DNA of 18,332 nt from a virus. The notes below the pieces were generated by a model. That model ran no database searches, was not told where the DNA came from, and worked only from the letters and a program-made list of their open reading frames with translations. This document shows, in pieces, positions 7,128 through 13,396 of the stretch (its first letter is position 1; each line of letters begins with the position of its first letter). The stretch is from positions 1-18,332 of IMG/VR virus record IMGVR_UViG_3300006217_000549; one strand, written 5' to 3'. Made by a program: the position numbers and the translations under genes.

Positions 7128-7499
7128 ATGTCAAAATTGTTTGTGCTTACATTGATGGTATTCTGCCACATTGTAGACGACTATTATCTGCAAGGAGTTC
7201 TTGCATCAATGAAGCAGAAGAACTGGTGGACGCAAAATACTCCGGGAAAATTATACCGGTATGACTATATCGTAGCCCTGGTTATGCACGGGTTTAGCTG
7301 GACTTTTATGGTTATGCTTCCCATAGCGGCCTTATACAGTCTAAATCCACCGTATCTGTTTTATTGGTGTTTTACTCTGAATGTTGCGATACACGCTTTT
7401 ACTGACAATGTGAAAGCCAATTTGCGAACAATCAATCTTATTATGGACCAATCGGTACATATTGAGCAAATCATCCTTACATTTTTACTTCTGACTTAA
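7128..7499 (+). CDS. DUF3307-like integral membrane protein (123 aa)
   Basis: AGAGGAGA SD. It has 3-4 hydrophobic helices. HIVDDYYLQG near the N-terminus and AIHAFTDN later resemble the H..DF.lQ / H..D signature of DUF3307. Confidence 0.6.
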   Translation: MSKLFVLTLMVFCHIVDDYYLQGVLASMKQKNWWTQNTPGKLYRYDYIVALVMHGFSWTFMVMLPIAALYSLNPPYLFYWCFTLNVAIHAFTDNVKANLRTINLIMDQSVHIEQIILTFLLLT

Positions 7500-7518
7500 A
7501 AGGTTTGGTGGTGATGTA

Positions 7519-7761
7519 ATGGCAGAATATCATGTAGGCTGTGGCGCATTTGCAATCTATACGGGCACATTAAACAGCAGAAACAAAAATCTGTGGCAGA
7601 ACAAAACTGAATGCACAGACGAAGCACTTTGCGCTGTAAGGGACTATATGGTGCAGGAGCTTCTTGGCGGTATTGACTGCCGTAAAGCCACCTCAAGCGG
7701 CTACGAATGGACGCTGAAAGACGGACGCACAGTGGAGCTTAGAGTCACAATAAAAGATTGA
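7519..7761 (+). CDS. hypothetical phage protein (80 aa)
   Basis: ATG is preceded by TTTGGTGGTG. The N-terminus MAEYHVGCGAFAIYTGTLN looks like a conserved small phage protein, but I cannot name the family. Confidence 0.6.
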   Translation: MAEYHVGCGAFAIYTGTLNSRNKNLWQNKTECTDEALCAVRDYMVQELLGGIDCRKATSSGYEWTLKDGRTVELRVTIKD

Positions 7762-7762
7762 C

Positions 7763-7792
7763 TTGATTGTAAACTATTTATTTGGCTATGAT
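7763..7792 (+). promoter_or_regulatory. candidate sigma-70 promoter TTGATT-N18-TATGAT
   Basis: -35 at 7763-7768 and -10 at 7787-7792, in the 69-nt gap before gene 7831-8082. Called by eye only. Confidence 0.3.
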
Positions 7793-7830
7793 ATTGAATT
7801 TCCAAAATCCATAATGGAGGTATATCAATA

Positions 7831-8082
7831 ATGGAGTATGAAATTGTGAATGTATACGATAGGTTCTATGATGACCAATCAAAACAGAAAAATGCAAAAT
7901 TGCTTGGGAGATTTCAGTTAATAGAGCAGGTCAAGGAAAACGAGGAATGGAGCGAACTCTTCATTGGGCGTAATATAGACACTGGGGAACTCTGTCTTAT
8001 CGAAGGATACGAAGTGCGGTATATCGACAGTGGAACCGCTTATATTGTCTACCCTCTCAAAAACATCTGTGTGAAGGAATGA
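7831..8082 (+). CDS. hypothetical phage protein (83 aa)
   Basis: ATG with TGGAGGT SD. Confidence 0.6.
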   Translation: MEYEIVNVYDRFYDDQSKQKNAKLLGRFQLIEQVKENEEWSELFIGRNIDTGELCLIEGYEVRYIDSGTAYIVYPLKNICVKE

Positions 8083-8087
8083 TTTTT

Positions 8088-8282
8088 ATGAAGGCACAAC
8101 GAATTAAATTTATCTGCATACCAGATGCGATTATCTTTGCAGATAGCAGAAAGGAAGCCATTTCTATGATTCACAAAGGAGTGTTCGAAAAATGTAAAAA
8201 TGTCATCGTATCTCTTAGCAGCGGCGAGCAATTCAATTTGCATTCTCCGCGAAGCAAAGAATACTTTGGATTGAGGATTTAG
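8088..8282 (+). CDS. hypothetical phage protein (64 aa)
   Basis: The track ORF starts at 8079 (ATGA overlap), but GAAGGA sits 9 nt before ATG 8088, so 8088 is preferred. Confidence 0.45.
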   Translation: MKAQRIKFICIPDAIIFADSRKEAISMIHKGVFEKCKNVIVSLSSGEQFNLHSPRSKEYFGLRI

Positions 8283-8344
8283 CTTTATGGGACTTGTAAT
8301 AGAAATATCTGCGTATGTTGGAGTGTGCATACTCTGGTGCAAAA

Positions 8345-8668
8345 ATGAACGACGACTTAGAAATCATGTGTCGCCTTTCAAGAGCAATTATTGCATTTAG
8401 CTACGACGATATTTTCGCCACTCCCACATGGGAACAGATGATGGAATCGTATACGATGAAAGGTAAATCCATTAACAAGAAGTATAACTGCGTTTATGCA
8501 GAGGACGGTGATATATACCTGAATCCATTCTTTGGGGATTTGTGGGTTGTTGATGGAAAATCGTTCATCAAAATAAATAACGGATATGCTATTGATATTA
8601 ACGAGCCTGAAGGATTCATCAAAGTAGGTCATATCAATGGTGTTGTCAACAAACGAATGAAAGGCTGA
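8345..8668 (+). CDS. hypothetical phage protein (107 aa)
   Basis: The track ORF 8315-8668 has an uncertain start (8315 or 8345; weak SDs for both). Confidence 0.5.
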   Translation: MNDDLEIMCRLSRAIIAFSYDDIFATPTWEQMMESYTMKGKSINKKYNCVYAEDGDIYLNPFFGDLWVVDGKSFIKINNGYAIDINEPEGFIKVGHINGVVNKRMKG

Positions 8669-8675
8669 TTTTATT

Positions 8676-8831
8676 TTGAAACAGGAATCATGGATTGCTC
8701 GAATTATAAATCGACTGTTAGAGCGTCTTGGAATAATCAAAATGTATGGAATTAGCAAAGAGGATATGTGCAAAGGTGCGCAATCTATTTGCAATAGAAA
8801 TTGTGATTCTTGCGCATGGAAAAGTGAATGA
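8676..8831 (+). CDS. possible small Cys-rich protein (51 aa, TTG start)
   Basis: Below the track's size cut-off. TTG 8676 lies 10 nt after GAAAGG. The translation ..MCKGAQSICNRNCDSCAWKSE fills an otherwise empty 187-nt gap in a tightly packed operon. Confidence 0.3.
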   Translation: MKQESWIARIINRLLERLGIIKMYGISKEDMCKGAQSICNRNCDSCAWKSE

Positions 8832-8855
8832 AAGGTTAATTTGGTGGTGGTATAA

Positions 8856-9188
8856 ATGGCAGAATTGTGTTTGAAATGTTTCCTTGAAACTTGGCGTCCA
8901 AACGCATATGACCGTGCCCATATTGTAATGAGCAAAGACAATGAGTTTTGCGAAGGATGTATGGATTGCGTTCCGTATGTAGACCATATCGACCCGTCTG
9001 ATTTGCGGCGCACTCCAACGGTAGCAGACTTTGTTCAGGTAGTGGTTCCAGAAATAAAGGCTGGGCGTAAAATTGCCTGCACAGAATGCGGTGCCACTTT
9101 TGAAGATGATGATTTGGCTTTTGCGCATGAAGTCGGTGAATGTCCATACTGCCACACACAAGTCAGGGCGCTTTGGATGAGAGAATAA
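8856..9188 (+). CDS. multi-zinc-ribbon protein (110 aa); N-terminus paralogous to 5162-5341
   Basis: TTTGGTGGTG lies upstream. It has CLKC, CEGC, CTEC and CPYC pairs, and shares ..HIVMS.D..FCEGCM with 5162-5341. Confidence 0.65.
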   Translation: MAELCLKCFLETWRPNAYDRAHIVMSKDNEFCEGCMDCVPYVDHIDPSDLRRTPTVADFVQVVVPEIKAGRKIACTECGATFEDDDLAFAHEVGECPYCHTQVRALWMRE

Positions 9189-9201
9189 TTTGGTGACGTG
9201 T

Positions 9202-9642
9202 ATGGTAAATGTACTGTTTGATAGGCTGTTGGATATGTCTGGAATTGATACAAAAGAAGTATGGTGTTGGCCCGACTCACAGCCATTTTCTCTTGAAGAT
9301 GTTTTGGAACAAAAGAAAATCGGACTCTTAGGGGATAAAACACCGTATGGAGATACATGGAGGCACCCAGTAAAAGAATCTCGTGATAGAGGATATCATA
9401 TAGCAAGGATAATTTACTTTATGGAGAATCCGCAAGAAATAGATGGAATCGAAGTAGACAATCCTTGTTTTGATAATGGTATTTTACCTGGATGTAAAAT
9501 TATTGATGGACGGCATAGAGTAGCAGCAGGAATTTTAATTGGCTTGAAAACTGTAAAAATTGAATATGGTGGTCGGTCTGATATAGAAGACTACTTAATG
9601 GGTATAAGCGAAGAACGACCGGAAGAAATTCTAACTTTATAA
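9202..9642 (+). CDS. ParB/sulfiredoxin-fold (ParB-like nuclease domain) protein
   Basis: KIIDGRHRVAAGILIGL is the ParB N-terminal-domain DGxHR signature. There is no HTH or partition-type C-terminus. The start could be TTG 9190, GTG 9193 or ATG 9202. Confidence 0.7.
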   Translation: MVNVLFDRLLDMSGIDTKEVWCWPDSQPFSLEDVLEQKKIGLLGDKTPYGDTWRHPVKESRDRGYHIARIIYFMENPQEIDGIEVDNPCFDNGILPGCKIIDGRHRVAAGILIGLKTVKIEYGGRSDIEDYLMGISEERPEEILTL

Positions 9643-9666
9643 AAGATTAGTTTGGTGGTGAGAACT

Positions 9667-9867
9667 ATGTTACAAAAGAAAAGTCTGTACTGTTTTGAGT
9701 GTGGTAAAACAACACCGCATTCTTAAATCGGGAGCAAATCAATGTATGAGGGAACTGGTCTTGCCCGTATTATTATGGCCGCTGCTTCATTTGGTATGTC
9801 AGAAACATCATGGGCAGACAAGTATTGGCAGTGTGAAGTTTGCGGTAACATCAAAAGGCATGGTTAA
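9667..9867 (+). pseudogene. zinc-ribbon gene interrupted by an in-frame TAA (9724-9726)
   Basis: ATG 9667 (TTTGGTGGTG upstream) gives MLQKKSLYCFECGKTTPHS, then TAA. The same frame continues IGSKSMYEGTGLARIIMAAASFGMSETSWADKYWQCEVCGNIKRHG to TAA 9865-9867. One CxxC knuckle lies on each side of the stop. Confidence 0.5.
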
Positions 9868-9904
9868 TAAAATAAAGTTTTCATAAAAAGTAGGAGGTTT
9901 TCTA

Positions 9905-10195
9905 ATGAATTGTGGCATATGCAAAAAGACCGATGGAATGTGTTACGCAAGCTACCCGCCTCAAGTCAGGTGTACCATTACAGGAAAATATCATCAATAT
10001 AATGATGAATGCGACGTGCCCGATAAGACTATGGAAAAGAGGGGTAAGTTAGCTGGATTTCTCACTGAAGAACTTTTGGAAGAAATTCGGCGGAGGCCAG
10101 GAGAGTCCGACCCATGTGAATTGTGTGCGTACTATCCTCCATCCAGTCTGGGCGGGAAACCATGTTCCGTATGTCCTGCTAGTGGGATAAGATAA
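9905..10195 (+). CDS. Cys-rich zinc-ribbon protein (96 aa) sharing the C-terminal module of 4861-5148
   Basis: AGGAGG SD. The C-terminal CELCAYYPPSSLGGKPCSVCPAS parallels CDLCMYNPPSSTDGKPCSMCPAG of the Lar-like protein. Confidence 0.65.
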   Translation: MNCGICKKTDGMCYASYPPQVRCTITGKYHQYNDECDVPDKTMEKRGKLAGFLTEELLEEIRRRPGESDPCELCAYYPPSSLGGKPCSVCPASGIR

Positions 10196-10264
10196 CTTCA
10201 TCTGTTTCCTTCTGGGACGCAGGGACAGTCTGAATCTATTTTGCAGGCGATATGTAAAAGGATA

Positions 10265-10295
10265 CCAGCCGTCGCACGTAATGCAGAACGGCTGG
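10265..10295. terminator. hairpin between convergent transcription units (CCAGCCGT-N15-ACGGCTGG)
   Basis: Perfect 8-bp GC-rich stem read directly. There is no clean U-tract on either strand, so terminator function is uncertain. Confidence 0.3.
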
Positions 10296-10337
10296 CAGAC
10301 AGACTTTCGCCGAATTTACGGAGTTGGAAACTACTCA

Positions 10338-10610
10338 TTACTGAGCAGCCGGGCGGACGATCACCCTTTCTTTAATACATTCTGATTTGAAGTAATCCCG
10401 TACAGTTCCATGCAATGATCTAGCCGTTTGGTCAAAAAATGTATCCATGTCACATTCAGCATCATCACTGGTATGTTCCCGATAATAACAGAATTTGACC
10501 GCCTGGATTACTTTGTCGATTTGACCGCATAAATTTTCGCAACACTTACTTCTATTGGTACAAGAACTTGTCCTTACCTCAGAAGCGTTTGTGGAATTTC
10601 TATTGGTCAT
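10338..10610 (-). CDS. hypothetical Cys-rich protein (90 aa)
   Basis: ATG ORF without its own SD. A strong SD (AAGAGGTG) instead serves a 17-codon upstream ORF (10653-10600) that overlaps this start. Confidence 0.45.
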   Translation of the reverse strand: MTNRNSTNASEVRTSSCTNRSKCCENLCGQIDKVIQAVKFCYYREHTSDDAECDMDTFFDQTARSLHGTVRDYFKSECIKERVIVRPAAQ

Positions 10611-10766
10611 GTTTACCCAAGCTGTTACTACACAAATTGTGTGGATGAGTCATTTCTGCTCACCTCTTACAGTCACCTGCAAGTTCAGACTGTGCCTTCA
10701 TCCCAGAGGGATGCTCCGTGTCCAGTCGTTAGATATTCAGTATCTACAAACAAAGCAGACTCTCTA

Positions 10767-11306
10767 TTAAAAAGGCCATTTTGTATATATACTATATGCA
10801 AAAAGGAATATTGAAAATGTAAGCATGACAGCAAACATAATCCTCCATACAGCGAAAGTTTGAATGCGAGCAAGTAGATTCTTATAAAGAAATTTAGTCT
10901 CTTGATCTAAATGCAATTTTAAATTATACTCTTCTCCAGAAATAAATATTGTACGCCTTTTTAATGTATGATGGGCAATCATTACCGGACGGTTTATCGT
11001 TGGGCCTGACATTTCCTTGATTATTTGCTCAATAGCATACAATTGTTCGGAATCTGCAATCTCCATCAATCTGCCACGTTCAAATTGCTGCCAGGATGCA
11101 AAGGCAACTAAAACCGAAATAAAAGAAATACAACAACATATTATGTCTGGTACATCACCAAAAGAGATTCCCCACAAAATTGATTCAGCTGTAAAAAGTA
11201 AAGCTGGTACATTCCAAACTAATTCATTATGAATTTGTTGCCTGTTTGACAATACTTGATATTGTATCTCAAGAAAACTGACATCTATACCGCTTTTATC
11301 GTTCAT
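10767..11306 (-). CDS. membrane protein (179 aa): N-terminal helix, 2-TM hairpin, amphipathic middle, C-terminal TM
   Basis: GAAAGGGA SD 7 nt upstream. Hydrophobic segments are VPALLFTAESILWGISF, IICCCISFISVLVAFASW and FAVWRIMFAVMLTFSIFLFAYSIY. It has its own strong promoter. Confidence 0.7.
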   Translation of the reverse strand: MNDKSGIDVSFLEIQYQVLSNRQQIHNELVWNVPALLFTAESILWGISFGDVPDIICCCISFISVLVAFASWQQFERGRLMEIADSEQLYAIEQIIKEMSGPTINRPVMIAHHTLKRRTIFISGEEYNLKLHLDQETKFLYKNLLARIQTFAVWRIMFAVMLTFSIFLFAYSIYTKWPF

Positions 11307-11383
11307 TCTAATGTCCCTTTCTATTTATTGTAACCATCTATGTAAAAGATTCGTCATAAGAAATCAAAGTAAAATACAATCAG

Positions 11384-11412
11384 AGTATAACATATTTTTG
11401 GATGAAATGCAA
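11384..11412 (-). promoter_or_regulatory. sigma-70 promoter TTGCAT-N17-TATACT with extended -10 (TGT), driving 10767-11306
   Basis: Read on the minus strand: -35 at 11412-11407, -10 at 11389-11384, 17-nt spacer ending in TGT. Confidence 0.5.
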
Positions 11413-11509
11413 CATCAATATGGAACATTCACATTTTCTGGTATATACGCAAAACCTACACTCATATAAAAGCCTTATCGGAAATAGAATATACAGGAGG
11501 TGGAGCTAT

Positions 11510-11653
11510 GTGAAAAGGCAAGAGTTAAAATACATCTTCATAAATCCTAATACACAAGAAGACACAACAAAAGCATTGCAAAAAATTATTGTAGATAAAA
11601 TATTGCAGCTCGATAACAATCGAAAAATGCAAACAACTGATCAGGCAACCTAA
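11510..11653 (+). CDS. possible small protein (47 aa, GTG start) upstream of the serine recombinase
   Basis: AGGAGGTGGAG SD lies 4-9 nt before GTG 11510. The longer track ORF from 11402 has no SD. Confidence 0.35.
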   Translation: MKRQELKYIFINPNTQEDTTKALQKIIVDKILQLDNNRKMQTTDQAT

Positions 11654-11680
11654 ACCCATATGACAGCAATGATAAAAGTC

Positions 11681-11709
11681 TTTATCTTTGCTGTCATTTA
11701 TGTTATAAT
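11681..11709 (+). promoter_or_regulatory. candidate promoter with extended -10 (TGTTATAAT) for the serine recombinase
   Basis: TGnTATAAT at 11701-11709, with a weak -35 TTTATC at 11681-11686 (17-nt spacer). Confidence 0.4.
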
Positions 11710-11752
11710 GATTATGGGTATAGGTTGGTTATTGAAAGGAGAACCAACGAAA

Positions 11753-13261
11753 ATGAGAATAGCCGCATATTGCCGTGTATCAACCGATGAAGAGAAACAG
11801 CTTGATAGCTTGGCGAACCAGAAAAATTTTTTTGAAGAGTATGCAGCAAAGAATGGTCACGTATTAGTACGTTTGTATGCTGATGAGGGCATTTCTGGGA
11901 CCAGCTTGAAAAAGCGTGACGAGTTTATTAGACTTCTATACGATGCCAAACTTGGATTATTTGACATGGTTGTTGTTAAAGACGTATCCAGGCTGGCAAG
12001 GAATACAGTAGACTTCCTGCAAAGCATCCGTACACTGAAAGGACTTGGAATAAATACACTGTTTCTCACTTCAAATATGGACAGCCTTGGTGAATCAGAA
12101 TTCGTCCTTACGTTATTTGGTGCTATGGCGCAGGAAGAAAGCGCTAATCTTAGCAAGCGAGTAAAATTTGGCAAAGAAATCAGCGCAAAAAAAGGCAGGG
12201 TTCCGCAGAGAGTTTTCGGATATGATAGAATCGACAACTTTACTCTCGTTATCAATGAAAAAGAAGCACAGATTGTTCGTGAAATTTACCGTATGTATAT
12301 TGAAGAAGGGCTTGGATGTCGCAAAATCAGTATTAAATTAAACGAATCTGGACATAAAACAAAATTTAATTGTGAATGGAACCCAAGAGGTGTTAGGCGT
12401 GTACTAGAAAATCCAATCTATAGTGGACACTATATCAATCACAAATATGAAGTTGGAGACTACTTAGTAGGAAAGGTAGTACGTACTCCAGAGGACCAGC
12501 ACTTTCACCATGATAGGCCAGAATGGGAGATCGTGTCTCCGGAAACATTTGCAAAAGCACAAAAACAGTTAGAAATGCGTCGAAAACAATATAATACCGG
12601 AGAACCATTTATGCAGGCACGATACAGTAGCAAGTACATATTTAGCACTCTAATCAAATGTGAACATTGCGGTCGTTCCTTTTCAAGAAAAGTCCACAAA
12701 TATGTTAATACTTATATATATTGGGTATGTCCAACAAATTATCAATACACAGCAGAAAAATGTGATAATAAAACTAAATTAAGAGAGGACATCCTTCTTT
12801 CTAAAGTCAAAGAATATCTTGCATCATTGATTCAAGACAAAAGCACTTTTGTAAATAAGATAATTGAAGAAATAGAGAAACAAAATCAAACAAAATGCAT
12901 CAAACATGATGCCTCAGATATAAAAATGAAGCGTAAACGTCTCATCGCAAAAAAAGAACGATACCAGGAAATGTACGCAAATGATGTAATGACCATGACC
13001 GAACTAAAAGAAAAGACAGCCGCAATTGCAGAAGAGCTAGAACGGCTTGACTGCTCAATGAAACAATATGCGCAAATGATTGCTTTTCAAAAGAATGGAG
13101 AAGATTACATAAGGCGTTATATACAAGATATCGAGCAATTCCTAAATATGGAGACAGTAACGAACATAGATATGCGAAAAGTAATAAGTCGTATCACAGT
13201 AAACAAAGACAAAACCATAAAAATTGAACTGAAGAAATTTGATATCGATGACATACTATAG
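11753..13261 (+). CDS. large serine recombinase (phage integrase type, 502 aa)
   Basis: The track ORF is trimmed to ATG 11753 (AAAGGAGAA SD). It has the resolvase catalytic domain MRIAAYCRVSTDEEKQ..., then the recombinase domain, the zinc-ribbon CEHCGRSF..WVCPTN..EKCDN, and a C-terminal coiled coil. Confidence 0.92.
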   Translation: MRIAAYCRVSTDEEKQLDSLANQKNFFEEYAAKNGHVLVRLYADEGISGTSLKKRDEFIRLLYDAKLGLFDMVVVKDVSRLARNTVDFLQSIRTLKGLGINTLFLTSNMDSLGESEFVLTLFGAMAQEESANLSKRVKFGKEISAKKGRVPQRVFGYDRIDNFTLVINEKEAQIVREIYRMYIEEGLGCRKISIKLNESGHKTKFNCEWNPRGVRRVLENPIYSGHYINHKYEVGDYLVGKVVRTPEDQHFHHDRPEWEIVSPETFAKAQKQLEMRRKQYNTGEPFMQARYSSKYIFSTLIKCEHCGRSFSRKVHKYVNTYIYWVCPTNYQYTAEKCDNKTKLREDILLSKVKEYLASLIQDKSTFVNKIIEEIEKQNQTKCIKHDASDIKMKRKRLIAKKERYQEMYANDVMTMTELKEKTAAIAEELERLDCSMKQYAQMIAFQKNGEDYIRRYIQDIEQFLNMETVTNIDMRKVISRITVNKDKTIKIELKKFDIDDIL

Positions 13262-13265
13262 AACC

Positions 13266-13311
13266 TACCTATTTGATGTCAATGACATCTACAACTGACA
13301 TCAAATAGGTA
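13266..13311. repeat. 46-bp palindrome: perfect 16-bp arms TACCTATTTGATGTCA / TGACATCAAATAGGTA with a 14-nt spacer (candidate att site or hairpin)
   Basis: Arms at 13266-13281 and 13296-13311 were read directly. It starts 4 nt after the recombinase stop. An inner alternative pairing GATGTCA-A-TGACATC is also present. Confidence 0.85.
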
Positions 13312-13350
13312 TGTACAATCACCAACCTATACCCTATTAAATAGTATAGA

Positions 13351-13392
13351 AAAAATTAGGGAAAACCAATCACAAAGACTGGTTTTCCCTAA
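13351..13392 (-). terminator. rho-independent terminator of the CoiA-like gene
   Basis: Minus strand reads TTAGGGAAAACCA-(11 nt)-TGGTTTTCCCTAA followed by TTTTT. It starts 5 nt after the stop codon. Confidence 0.7.
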
Positions 13393-13396
13393 CGAA

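Noticed and set aside
8378-9161. Long minus-strand ORFs (211, 147 and 107 aa) lie opposite the plus-strand genes. Similar antisense ORFs occur at 2689-3093, 6102-6527, 6578-6895 and 11857-12255.
   Set aside because: They have no SD sites and odd, low-complexity, Ser/Cys/His-rich translations. They mirror well-supported plus-strand genes, so they are typical shadow ORFs.
10225-10693. A 10-bp inverted repeat, ACAGTCTGAA (10225-10234) / TTCAGACTGT (10684-10693), flanks the Cys-rich ORF and suggests a tiny mobile cassette.
   Set aside because: A 10-mer match is expected many times by chance in 18 kb. There is no transposase or target duplication.
2614-11306. The idea that the SLOG protein (2614-2988) and the SLATT-like membrane protein (10767-11306) form one sensor-effector system.
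   Set aside because: They are about 8 kb apart, on opposite strands, in different transcription units and in compositionally different DNA. The SLATT resemblance is topological only.
11402-11509. A longer 83-aa version of the small ORF upstream of the integrase.
   Set aside because: There is no SD before ATG 11402, whereas AGGAGGTGGAG precedes GTG 11510. Even the short version is only tentatively called.
11660-11752. A 31-residue hydrophobic N-terminal extension of the serine recombinase appears in the ORF track.
   Set aside because: Serine recombinases start right at the catalytic ..YxRVS.. strand. ATG 11753 has an AAAGGAGAA SD, and the 'extension' contains the TGTTATAAT promoter element.
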